Part shown: positions 1 to 8,696 of the stretch, piece after piece
Layout of the letters: every line of letters begins with the position of its first letter
How positions within the stretch are numbered: position 1 is the stretch's first letter
Assembly (NCBI GenBank): GCA_964516435.1
Contig: CAZEZP010000102.1
Coordinates: forward strand, 246 to 64,245
Reading direction: 5' to 3'
DNA length: 64,000 nucleotides
DNA from: an uncultured Kofleriaceae bacterium
GTDB lineage: Bacteria > Myxococcota_A > Polyangia > HGW-17
Program-made: the position numbers and the translations under genes
The notes under the pieces: generated by a model
Told to the model about the DNA's origin: nothing
The model's input: only the letters and a program-made list of their open reading frames with translations
Database searches by the model: none

Positions 1-194
1 CGCATTCCGAAATGCGCGACGACCGCTTCGTCGCCTACTACGACCTCTTGCATGCGGGCGTATACGAATACGCCTACATGGCCAGGGCGACCACCATCGG
101 CACCTTCCAGGCGCCACCGGTGCGCGCGCTGGAGATGTACCACCCCGAGGTGTTCGGGCGCGGCACCGGCGAAATCGTGGAGGTAGTGCCATGA
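1..194 (+). CDS. alpha-2-macroglobulin family protein, C-terminal fragment (5' end outside window)
   Basis: Frame is open from the window edge. RDDRFVAYYDLL..G.YEYAYMARATT.G.F..PP..A.EMY.PEVFGR matches the C-terminus of bacterial alpha-2-macroglobulins. Confidence 0.75.
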   Translation, partial: HSEMRDDRFVAYYDLLHAGVYEYAYMARATTIGTFQAPPVRALEMYHPEVFGRGTGEIVEVVP

Positions 195-787
195 TTTCCC
201 GGGAACAGGCGCTGGCGCTCCTGCTGGAGCAGCGGCCGGAAGCCTCCCTGCTGCGCCACAGCCTGCAAAGCGAGGCCGTTCTGCGCGCGCTGGCCCGGAA
301 ACTGGGAGAGGACGAGGAACTCTGGGGGCTTTCCGGTCTCCTGCACGACATCGACTTTCCGCAGACGGCTGCCGAGCCCGCCCGCCATGGTCTCCCCTCG
401 GCCGGCATGCTGGCCGGGCATCTGCCCCCGCATGCCGTGGCCGCCATCGTCGCCCACAATCACGAAAGCAACGGCGCCCCCCCGCCGGCAGATTTGTTGG
501 GATGGGCGCTGCGCTGCGGGGAAACCGTCACCGGGCTGGTATTCGCCAATGCCCGCGTGCGTCCCGAAGGCTATGCGGGCATGACGCCCAAAAGCCTGCG
601 CAAGCGGATGAAGGAGAAGAGTTTCGCCGCCAACGTGAACCGGGAGACGGTGATGGAATGCAGGCGGCTCGGGCTGGAACTGGACGATTTCCTGCAGATC
701 GCGATCGATGCCATGACGCAATCTGCCGAAGCCATCGACGCGGCGCTGAAAGCCGCGCAGGGGAACGCACATGGAAATTTCTCGTGA
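191..787 (+). CDS. HDIG/HD-domain metal-dependent phosphohydrolase
   Basis: RHSLQSEAVLRALA..WGLSGLLHDID, AIVAHN, and KSLRKRMKEKSFAANVNRE. Overlaps the upstream stop by 4 nt. Confidence 0.85.
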   Translation: MISREQALALLLEQRPEASLLRHSLQSEAVLRALARKLGEDEELWGLSGLLHDIDFPQTAAEPARHGLPSAGMLAGHLPPHAVAAIVAHNHESNGAPPPADLLGWALRCGETVTGLVFANARVRPEGYAGMTPKSLRKRMKEKSFAANVNRETVMECRRLGLELDDFLQIAIDAMTQSAEAIDAALKAAQGNAHGNFS

Positions 788-1721
788 AGCCGCCGAAATC
801 ATACGGGATTTCTTTCCTCTTTCCGAAATCGAGGCCTGCCTGGAACTGGAAACGGGCCTGGAAGGCAACTGGGGCCAGACGTTCCTGCTCCTGCATCCGT
901 CCGGAGTCTGGGCGCTCACGCGGGGCAGTTACGCCGAGCCCTGCCGCAAGATCCGCATCGATCACCACGTCCCCATGCATCTGCAGCGGCGGCAGTTCGA
1001 GGAAACCCTGGTGTTCGCGGATGCCGACGGCACGTCATTCCAGGTGCGCCTGTATCCGGCGAACATCGAGCCTGTCCGTGCCTTCATCGCGCGCGTGGAG
1101 GAAATGAGGGAGCGCCTTCCCGATCCTGAAAGGGAAAAAAGCGCACCGGCACAGAAATCCCGGCAGAAGACGAAACCCGAAACCGCCACGGCCGCCGCGC
1201 CGAAGACCGGCAATTCACCATTCGGATACGGCGGCCCGGGCGATGCCGTGCGCGGCGAACCCGTGCCCGATGCGGCCGACCCTCTGGACGCCGCCGGCCA
1301 TTCCATGCAGAACTTCTTCGAACGCATCATCGAGCGCATCGGGGATGCGCCGCCGAATCCGCCCCTCTCCGGCGAAAAGCGGCAAACTGCCGAGGATTCG
1401 CCCTCTCCCGATTTCCTGCGTCTCGTGGATACGGGAGATGTCTTCGCCCGCATCCCATCCAGGATGCAGCAGGCGGCCGAAGCCTACATGGCGGCGTGGG
1501 AAAAATATCCGGACCCGGCCGTCGCCCTGAAACTGGCGGACCTGTACGAGCGCCTGCTTCAGCCGGAGCCCCGGCTCCTCTGGCTGGAGAGGGCGGCTGA
1601 AAAAATGCCTCCCGGATCGGCCCGGGATGCCGTCATCGACCGCATCGTCGTCCTCATGGAGCAGCAGGGAACCTCTCCCGAAATCGTGCAGGCATGGAAA
1701 TCCCGCCGCTCGACGAAATGA
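771..1721 (+). CDS. hypothetical protein with Pro/Ala linker and TPR-like helical C-terminus
   Basis: 316-aa ORF overlapping both neighbours, with GC3-biased codons. No family recognised. Confidence 0.65.
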   Translation: MEISREAAEIIRDFFPLSEIEACLELETGLEGNWGQTFLLLHPSGVWALTRGSYAEPCRKIRIDHHVPMHLQRRQFEETLVFADADGTSFQVRLYPANIEPVRAFIARVEEMRERLPDPEREKSAPAQKSRQKTKPETATAAAPKTGNSPFGYGGPGDAVRGEPVPDAADPLDAAGHSMQNFFERIIERIGDAPPNPPLSGEKRQTAEDSPSPDFLRLVDTGDVFARIPSRMQQAAEAYMAAWEKYPDPAVALKLADLYERLLQPEPRLLWLERAAEKMPPGSARDAVIDRIVVLMEQQGTSPEIVQAWKSRRSTK

Positions 1722-2281
1722 ATCCGTGGAAAACGTTCCCAGCCGCCGGGCGAGCGACGCTGGCGTTGCTGCTCCTGTTCGCGGCGGTCGAAATCGCGGC
1801 ACTGCTCGCACGCCCCAGGAACAGGCCAAAACCGCTGGAAATCCGCAGCATGCTCGCCATCGGAGCGTGTTCCGTGAACTGGGCGCTGAGCCTGTTGGAA
1901 AGCGCTCGGGGACCGCTTCTGCCGGCGTGGACCGGCATTTTCGGCGTACTCCTGTTCGCCTCCGGCATCGCCCTGCGGACCGCATCCTTTCTGCAACTCG
2001 GAAGATTCTACGATCCCGCGATCACGCTCCACGAAGGGCACCGACTGGTGCAGACCGGCCCCTACCGGTTCATGCGGCATCCCCTGTACGCCGGCTCCCT
2101 GCTGCTGTTCGCCGGATTCCCTCTGGCATTTTCCAGCGCAGCCGGGCTCGCCTCCTTTTTTCTCCTGGTGATTCCCGTCTTCTCCTGGCGGGTCCGTATC
2201 GAGGAGCGCGCGCTGCGCGGGCGTTTCGGCAGCGCCTGGGATGCGTACGCCCGCCACACCCGACGCTGGGGGCTGTTCTGA
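1718..2281 (+). CDS. isoprenylcysteine carboxyl methyltransferase (ICMT/PEMT) family membrane protein
   Basis: Several TM segments. Motifs H.LVQTGPYRFMRHPLYAG and RVRIEERALR..FG.AW..Y. ATG at 1718 overlaps the upstream TGA. Confidence 0.85.
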   Translation: MNPWKTFPAAGRATLALLLLFAAVEIAALLARPRNRPKPLEIRSMLAIGACSVNWALSLLESARGPLLPAWTGIFGVLLFASGIALRTASFLQLGRFYDPAITLHEGHRLVQTGPYRFMRHPLYAGSLLLFAGFPLAFSSAAGLASFFLLVIPVFSWRVRIEERALRGRFGSAWDAYARHTRRWGLF

Positions 2282-2302
2282 TTGGCTCATTGCCTGGGGA
2301 AA

Positions 2303-2328
2303 TCAGGGAAGAATCTCAGGGAAGAATC
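2303..2328. repeat. perfect 13-bp tandem duplication TCAGGGAAGAATC x2
   Basis: Read directly between convergent genes. Confidence 0.8.
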
Positions 2329-2363
2329 GGAAAAAACAAAAGCCGAACGATGCCGGGAGCGGG

Positions 2364-2885
2364 TCAGCGGCCGTACTTGATCTCGTCCATGAAGGATTCC
2401 ATGCGCACGCCGCCGGCGCCGATGAAGTCCAGAAACTCCCGCAGGTCCACTCCCCCCTGGAGGAGTTTGCGCAGCGCATCGGTTTCCAGTTGGCGCACGC
2501 GTTCCCGCGTGATGTTCATGCGCTCGCCGATGTATTCCAGCGTGTTTTCTCCGCGCTCCGCGATATCCAACGCGCAAGTTTCCTGCATTTCGAAGATGTC
2601 GGAGAAATTTTCGCTCAGGGATCCGTTGCTCTTGACCTCCAGCGCGAGGTGGTAGCGGCAGCGCACATAGGGGCACGGACGCTCGCCGTACTTGCACTCG
2701 GCGCGCGTCGCCGGCATCTTCTCGTTCATCCAGGGCTCGAGCAGGCAACTCTGGCGGCGTTCTTCCTTGGTGAGCCGCTTGGCCAGACGCGTCTTGGGGC
2801 GGGCGCCCTTGCGGCGGGAACGCACCAGGGAGCGGTCGGAAATCTTGCGAACGGAAACATCATGGGGATTGTCGGTCTTCTTCAT
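2364..2885 (-). CDS. stand-alone sigma-70 region 4 HTH protein with N-terminal Cys/His motif
   Basis: TLEYIGERMNITRERVRQLETDALRKL is a region 4.2 HTH. It is preceded by C-x6-C-x4-C-x2-H and a further Cys. No region 2 is visible. Confidence 0.8.
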   Translation of the reverse strand: MKKTDNPHDVSVRKISDRSLVRSRRKGARPKTRLAKRLTKEERRQSCLLEPWMNEKMPATRAECKYGERPCPYVRCRYHLALEVKSNGSLSENFSDIFEMQETCALDIAERGENTLEYIGERMNITRERVRQLETDALRKLLQGGVDLREFLDFIGAGGVRMESFMDEIKYGR

Positions 2886-2895
2886 GGTCCTTCTC

Positions 2896-3408
2896 CTATA
2901 AAGTGGGTTTCGGATTGGTAATTTGCTGATCGATGGTTACCAATTTCGTGATTAGCGTCCTTGCCGTCAGTTCTGCATCCTGCAGATCACGCTCCACCAC
3001 CGGGCGCAGACTCATGTCGAAATGCGGTCCGTTCACTTCCTGGTGCATATCCGAGAACAGCCGTTGCAGCCCGTTGTCCAACTGATTGATTTCCCTAGCA
3101 AATTTCATTGACGCGCGAACGATGTCGTCGATGGTGAGCCCTTCCGCCATCATGCGCTTGATGTCGTTGATGCGCCGCACGACGCTGAACGGATAGAGCC
3201 CCTTGGAGCCGCGGTGCTTGCCGCGGCCACCGGCGCTGACGCGGTGCGAACGCGCCAGAAGCCCCAACTGCACGTACTTGCGGAAGGACGCCTCGCTCAC
3301 GCGAATGCCCCGATCCCGGAAAATGCGCACGACTTCGAGGGTTTCGATGCCGTCCTTGTACTCGCGCTCGAGTTCGTCCAGTTCCGCGTCGCTCAAATAC
3401 TCAGCCAT
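2896..3408 (-). CDS. MerR-like HTH transcriptional regulator
   Basis: VSEASFRKYVQLGLL..GLYP..VVRRINDIKRMMAEGLTIDDI followed by a coiled coil. Confidence 0.75.
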   Translation of the reverse strand: MAEYLSDAELDELEREYKDGIETLEVVRIFRDRGIRVSEASFRKYVQLGLLARSHRVSAGGRGKHRGSKGLYPFSVVRRINDIKRMMAEGLTIDDIVRASMKFAREINQLDNGLQRLFSDMHQEVNGPHFDMSLRPVVERDLQDAELTARTLITKLVTIDQQITNPKPTL

Positions 3409-3729
3409 CGTTCTCTATTCTCTTACGTATGTTCTTCTCTCACGCTTCCTTTTGCGCTTTTCTTTTGAATGGAATCTCTTGAATCGCGCACCTGAACAAT
3501 ATTCCACTGAATTTTCCTCTACAAGGCAAAAGTACATGATTCCAAACGGATGGTGATTCTTTTTCCCTTACATTTGTTAGATTGACAGTTTTCTCGTTGA
3601 AATTACTTCAAAATTTCACACACAAAACCCTTAACAAACATTGTTCCCAGGATTTTCGAAATCGCATCGTTCGAAAAGATCGCGCCGTAACTGGAAACAT
3701 CGAAGAAACATCTTTGGAGAGGAGTGAGA

Positions 3730-3743
3730 ATAACAATTGTTAT
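3730..3743. promoter_or_regulatory. perfect 14-bp palindrome ATAACAATTGTTAT, candidate operator
   Basis: Read directly in the AT-rich divergent intergenic region 3409-3946. Confidence 0.4.
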
Positions 3744-3946
3744 GTCCTTTTTCGGACACACGGAACGAGCAACGAATTGAGCAAAATTTTTCTTGTGGCA
3801 GGTACGGCTTTGGGCTATTTTTCCGAAGCGTCGTTCGACTCCCCCGGATGACGGCAACCGCGTCCGGCCGTTTCCGCTTGACCGGAAACGCATGCAGCCA
3901 TGCAGCGGTAGCATGTCGGGGGCGGATTCTCAAAGGAGGTTTTGCC

Positions 3947-4810
3947 GTGAATCAGCACAACAATCCGAATTCCAACCCCTCCTCGCAGGAACCCCTGGAG
4001 GCCATCATTCGCGAGGCCGGCACGTGGTTCGAAGACGATGTGCAGCAAGCCCAGCACGAAAATCTCGAAAAACTCGAGATGCAGAAGAAGAACCTGGGCG
4101 AAGCCGTCGTCAAGCAGATCCAGGACGAGGCCCGCCGGGAAGTCGAAGAGAAATTTCTGAAGAAACAGCAGGAACTGGAAAACGATTTTCACAAGAAGGA
4201 ACGTTCTCTCCAGGAAGAACTGGAGCGGGAACGCAAGTTGCGCCAGACGGCGGAGGCCAATGCCGAAAAGGCATCCAAGGTGGCGGAAAAGGCCGAAGCC
4301 GCGGCACGCGCCGCCGCTGCCGCGGCATCCAATGCGCCCAACGCGAGCCGCAACCTGTGGATGGGCATTGCCGTGGGCGCCGTGCTGGCCGGCATCGCCG
4401 GGTTCGCCATCGGCTATCTTTCCGGGAAGGGAAATTGCCCGCAGGCGCAGGCCATACCCGCCGCCCCCGTGGTGCAGCCCACCATCGGTCCGGCCGGCAC
4501 GCAGCCCACGCCGGTGGAAGTCATGCAGCCCACGCCGGTGGAGACGCCCATGGTGGAGACGCCGCCCGTGGAGCCGCCCATGACCGTGGTGGAGCCACCC
4601 ATGGTGGAGACGCCGCCCGTGGAGCCGCCCATGACCGTCACCACGCCCATGACGGCGACGACGACGCAGCCCATGCTGCCGCCGCCTCCCATGACCGTCA
4701 CCACGCCCATGACGGCGACGACGACGCAGCCCATGCTGCCGCCACCTCCCATGACCACCACCCAGCCCATGCAGCCCGACATGGGGCTGAAACTGGATAA
4801 CCCGTTCTAG
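3947..4810 (+). CDS. single-pass membrane protein: coiled coil, TM helix, Pro/Thr/Met-rich repetitive tail
   Basis: GTG start after AAAGGAGG. TM segment LWMGIAVGAVLAGIAGFAIGYL. Confidence 0.7.
   Translation: MNQHNNPNSNPSSQEPLEAIIREAGTWFEDDVQQAQHENLEKLEMQKKNLGEAVVKQIQDEARREVEEKFLKKQQELENDFHKKERSLQEELERERKLRQTAEANAEKASKVAEKAEAAARAAAAAASNAPNASRNLWMGIAVGAVLAGIAGFAIGYLSGKGNCPQAQAIPAAPVVQPTIGPAGTQPTPVEVMQPTPVETPMVETPPVEPPMTVVEPPMVETPPVEPPMTVTTPMTATTTQPMLPPPPMTVTTPMTATTTQPMLPPPPMTTTQPMQPDMGLKLDNPF
4501..4757 (+). repeat. intragenic direct repeats with 24-, 51- and 60-bp periods
   Basis: GCAGCCCACGCCGGTGGA at 4501 and 4525. CCCATGGTGGAGACGCCGCCCGTGGAGCCGCCCATGACCGT at 4547 and 4598. A 60-bp unit at about 4628 and 4688. 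Confidence 0.85.
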
Positions 4811-4837
4811 GTGGAGCCAGGACAAGGAGACGACTTC

Positions 4838-6160
4838 ATGTTCAAGCATCTCATTTTCGCCGTTATGATCACATCCTGGATGACGTCCACAACGGCATCC
4901 GCCCAGGAGCCGGCAGACCGCAAGGCCAAGGCGACGGAGCATTTCCAGAAGGGATCGGCCCTCTACGGCGCTGGGCAGTATCTCCAGGCCATCAAGGAGT
5001 TCAAGGAAGCGTACCGGCTGATTCCAAAACCCATCATTCTGCTCTACATCGCAGACATTTATAAGGAAGCCGGCCTCACCGACGAGTCCATCACCTATTA
5101 TCGGAAGTTCCTTGAGGAAGCCCGCATGGACGACCCGGGGCGGCCGAAAGCCGAGGCCGCACTCAAGGAACTGGGGGCGTCCCCGACGGTGCCCGAGGTC
5201 GCGCCCACGCCCGTGGAAACGCCTGTCCAACCGGTCGAAACCCCGGCGCAACCTGCGGAAAAGCCGACCCGTCCCCGCAAGGCCTTCAAGCCGGGCGAAC
5301 TGATCCACACGCCGCTGGAAGAGGCCCAACCCAACCATCCGGCCAAACTGGAAGTGGAGTTGCCCGACGACATCAAGCGCGCCTGGGTCTACCTGTACTA
5401 CCGCACCCAGGGGCAGGATGAATATGTGAAAGTCAAGTTCAAGGTCGACAAGGATGACGTGTATTACTACGTCCTCCCCTGCTCCGTCATGAAGGGGAAC
5501 ATCCTGCAGTACTATATCGAAGCCGTCGGCGTGAGCGGCCGCAAGGTCGCCGGAAGCGCTACAGCGGCGTCTCCGTACATCGTGGACATCAATCCGTCCA
5601 ATCCCCTGCAGCCTGGTGGCCAGTTGAGTTGCGCCGAAGCCGGCGACGTTTCCGGCAGGGAAACGCCGTCCGGAGCCAGCATCGGTGGAACGAGCCCGAC
5701 TCCCGGCACGGGAGAGCCGGTCAAGCGCCGCCCCAAAGTGTTCTACATCGCGCTGGGGACCACGGTCGCCACGGGCGCCATGGTCGGCCTGAGCGTCCTC
5801 TTCGGTACGCTGGCCGCCAACAACGCGGCCAATCTGGAAAACAACCAGATGCTGCCCGGCGGAAACTTGGTAGTGTTCGAAAAGGATGTCGCCAACTACG
5901 AAAAGAGTGGCAAGGGCTATCAGACCACCATGTACATCACCAGCGGGCTGTCTGTTGTGTTGGCTCTGGCCTCCGGGTACCTGTGGGCCGATTATTTTGG
6001 AAAAATCCCGGCAGGGCTCTCCATCAACGCCCGCCTCAACGGCAGCCCAACCGCACCGGCGCCCACGCCGGCTCCGGCCGCCGCAGATTCCGGCGAGGTG
6101 TTCGTCACCCCGCTGGTAGGCGAAGGATTCCTGGGGCTGGGCGGCACCATCCGCTTTTGA
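4838..6160 (+). CDS. secreted TPR protein with Ig-like domain and C-terminal hydrophobic segments ending in Phe
   Basis: ATG after AAGGAGA, signal peptide, TPR (A..HFQKG..LY.AGQY.QAIKEFKEAY). C-terminus VFVTPLVGEGFLGLGGTIRF. Confidence 0.75.
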   Translation: MFKHLIFAVMITSWMTSTTASAQEPADRKAKATEHFQKGSALYGAGQYLQAIKEFKEAYRLIPKPIILLYIADIYKEAGLTDESITYYRKFLEEARMDDPGRPKAEAALKELGASPTVPEVAPTPVETPVQPVETPAQPAEKPTRPRKAFKPGELIHTPLEEAQPNHPAKLEVELPDDIKRAWVYLYYRTQGQDEYVKVKFKVDKDDVYYYVLPCSVMKGNILQYYIEAVGVSGRKVAGSATAASPYIVDINPSNPLQPGGQLSCAEAGDVSGRETPSGASIGGTSPTPGTGEPVKRRPKVFYIALGTTVATGAMVGLSVLFGTLAANNAANLENNQMLPGGNLVVFEKDVANYEKSGKGYQTTMYITSGLSVVLALASGYLWADYFGKIPAGLSINARLNGSPTAPAPTPAPAAADSGEVFVTPLVGEGFLGLGGTIRF

Positions 6161-6174
6161 TTTTGGGAGGCATC

Positions 6175-6837
6175 ATGAAACGCACCATTCTTTTGTTCGC
6201 ATCCTTCCTGATGGCTGGAATGAATGCCTGCTACGAGCCGCAACTGAACGAATATCCCTTCGTCTGCGGCGGCACTGCGGGCCATCCGGAATGCCCCGAA
6301 GGCTATGATTGCTATGGTGGCCAATGCCTGAAGCAAGCTCCGGAGTGCTACTACCAGATGTTTGGCCAGATTCGCGGCGATGCCGATCGCGACTTCGAGC
6401 CAAACAACGTGCCCTGGTTGGCTTATACCCTCATCTGCGGCGACGAGGTCAACCCGAACTGCCCCCGCCGCTACGACGTGCAGCAGCAGTATGTGAACCT
6501 GGCCGTCTGCGCGCAGTACTTCACCGATCCGCAAACCGGCAACATTTATGGTGGCGACCGGGATTTCTACAAGATTTATTTGACCATGGGAGAACAAATT
6601 TCCATCACGCTGAAGTACAACTACCGCTCCGGAGCCGACCTCGACCTCACGATGGGCGCATTCGACTCGGGCAGCAACAGTTGGACCATCATCAAGGAGT
6701 CCCGCTCCACCAACGATGACGAAACCATCGAGCACACGGCCGAATTCACCGGCTGGCACTACATCGAAGTGCGCGGAAAATCCCCGGCCGACATGAATGG
6801 CTACGCTCTGCAGTGGATCCTGCACAGTCCCCAATGA
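6175..6837 (+). CDS. lipoprotein with Cys-rich N-terminus and PPC-like (pre-peptidase C-terminal) domain
   Basis: Lipobox MNAC. GDRDFYKIYL..DLDL..STNDDETI..GWHYIEVRG..Y.L is PPC-like. Confidence 0.7.
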   Translation: MKRTILLFASFLMAGMNACYEPQLNEYPFVCGGTAGHPECPEGYDCYGGQCLKQAPECYYQMFGQIRGDADRDFEPNNVPWLAYTLICGDEVNPNCPRRYDVQQQYVNLAVCAQYFTDPQTGNIYGGDRDFYKIYLTMGEQISITLKYNYRSGADLDLTMGAFDSGSNSWTIIKESRSTNDDETIEHTAEFTGWHYIEVRGKSPADMNGYALQWILHSPQ

Positions 6838-6897
6838 ACGAACGTCTTTTCTCGCTGATTTCACACATCGCTCATCAATGCAGCCAGGAGGTTCCTC

Positions 6898-8601
6898 ATG
6901 TCCAGTCGTTTGGGTGATATTCTGTTGCGGGAAAGCCTGATTACGCCTTCCCAACTCAAGCAGGCGCAGGAAGAGCAGAAGAAATCGGGCAAGCGCCTCG
7001 GCTACACGCTGGCCAAGATGGGAGCCATCGACGAGCAAACGCTGACGTCCTTCGTGGCCAACCATTACGGCGTTCCGCCGGTGGACCTGAAGCAGACCGA
7101 CATCGATCCGGACGTGGTGAAGCTCCTGCCGGAAAACGTAGCGCGCCGGCATCACGTCGTGCCCATCAACCGCACGGGTTCGACGCTGGTGGTGGCGATG
7201 GCGGACCCTTCGGACATCTATGCCATCGACGACCTCAAATTCATCACGGGATACAACATCGAGGTGATGGTAGCCTCCGACACGTCCATCGAGGACGTGC
7301 TCAACCGCATCTACAACACGTCCATGGCGGCGCTCGAGGAATCCCTGTACGAATTCAACCAGTCCGACGTGGAATTCGGCGACAACACCGAGGAAAATGT
7401 CAACGTCCTCGACCTGGAGAAAGCCTCCGAGGAAGCCCCCGTCATCCGCCTGGTCAACTACATCCTGCTCTCGGCCATCAAGAAGGGGGCGTCCGACATC
7501 CACATCGAGCCGTATGAGAAGACGTTCCGCGTGCGCTTCCGCATCGACGGCGTGCTCCACGAGGAAATGCCCCCCCCCATGCGGCTCAAGAACGCCATCA
7601 CGTCGCGTCTCAAGATCATGTCCAATCTTGACATCGCCGAACGCCGTCTGCCCCAGGACGGCCGCATCAAGCTCAAGATTGGCAAGAACAAGGAAATGGA
7701 CTTCCGCGTGAGCGTCCTGCCCACCCTGTTCGGCGAAAAAATCGTCATGCGCCTTCTGGACAAGAGCAACCTGCAACTGGACATGACCAAACTGGGCTTC
7801 GAGCCGGAAGCGCTGGCGTTGTTCAAAAAAGCCATCTACCAGCCCTATGGCATGGTCCTCGTCACGGGCCCCACCGGTTCCGGTAAGACCACCACCCTGT
7901 ATAGCGCCCTTTCGGAACTCAACCAGGTGGACAAGAACATCAGCACGGCCGAAGACCCGGTCGAATTCAACCTTCCCGGCATCAACCAGGTGCACATCCA
8001 CGACGATATCGGCCTCGACTTCGCGGCGGCCCTGCGCTCCTTCCTGCGCCAGGATCCCGACATCATCATGGTCGGTGAGATCCGCGACTTCGAAACCGCC
8101 GAAATCGCCGTCAAGGCCGCTCTCACCGGCCACCTGGTGCTCTCCACCCTGCACACCAACGACGCGCCATCCACCGTCAACCGCCTCCTTAACATGGGCG
8201 TAGAGCCCTTCCTGGTGACGGCCTCCGTCAACCTCATTCTGGCCCAGCGCCTGGCCCGCAAAATCTGCAGCGAATGCAAAGAGCCCATCCCCATTTCCAA
8301 GGAAGCCCTCATCGAACTGGGCGTGCCGGCGGACAAAGCCGCCACCATCAAGAACATCTACAAGGGCAAGGGATGCCAGATCTGCAACAATTCCGGCTAC
8401 AAGGGCCGCGTAGCGCTCTATGAGGTCATGTGGCTCTACGACGAACTCAAGGACATGATCATCCAGGGTTCCTCGGCAGCGGAACTCAAGGCTGCAGCCA
8501 TCCGGCTGGGAATGAAGACCCTGCGCATGAGCGGCATCAGCAAGGTGCTCGAAGGCGTGACCACCATTGAAGAAGTCACCCGCGTCACTGCCGCCGACTG
8601 A
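6898..8601 (+). CDS. pilB: type IV-A pilus assembly ATPase PilB
   Basis: MshEN-like N-terminus RLGDILL, Walker A GPTGSGKTTT, AEDPVE, LRQDPDIIMVGEIRD, LSTLHTND, Zn motif CSEC..CQIC, GYKGR. Confidence 0.93.
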   Translation: MSSRLGDILLRESLITPSQLKQAQEEQKKSGKRLGYTLAKMGAIDEQTLTSFVANHYGVPPVDLKQTDIDPDVVKLLPENVARRHHVVPINRTGSTLVVAMADPSDIYAIDDLKFITGYNIEVMVASDTSIEDVLNRIYNTSMAALEESLYEFNQSDVEFGDNTEENVNVLDLEKASEEAPVIRLVNYILLSAIKKGASDIHIEPYEKTFRVRFRIDGVLHEEMPPPMRLKNAITSRLKIMSNLDIAERRLPQDGRIKLKIGKNKEMDFRVSVLPTLFGEKIVMRLLDKSNLQLDMTKLGFEPEALALFKKAIYQPYGMVLVTGPTGSGKTTTLYSALSELNQVDKNISTAEDPVEFNLPGINQVHIHDDIGLDFAAALRSFLRQDPDIIMVGEIRDFETAEIAVKAALTGHLVLSTLHTNDAPSTVNRLLNMGVEPFLVTASVNLILAQRLARKICSECKEPIPISKEALIELGVPADKAATIKNIYKGKGCQICNNSGYKGRVALYEVMWLYDELKDMIIQGSSAAELKAAAIRLGMKTLRMSGISKVLEGVTTIEEVTRVTAAD

Positions 8602-8696
8602 TCCCCGCTTGTAAATGCCGCCATGCATGCTATATCCAAGCTGCCTGATGCCGATGAAATCATGGGAATGCCTGAAACCCGAGAAAGGAATCTGTC

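Noticed and set aside
3826-3850. GTTCGACTCCC resembling a tRNA/tmRNA T-loop
   Set aside because: No T-stem pairing, acceptor stem or CCA could be built around it.
3582-3933. Short ORFs on both strands in the AT-rich intergenic region
   Set aside because: No RBS, atypical codon use, mutually overlapping and no recognisable motif.
4808-4840. In-frame TAG at 4808-4810 followed directly by another open frame (possible readthrough or pyrrolysine fusion)
   Set aside because: The downstream gene has its own RBS (AAGGAGA), ATG at 4838 and signal peptide. No pyl genes are in the window.
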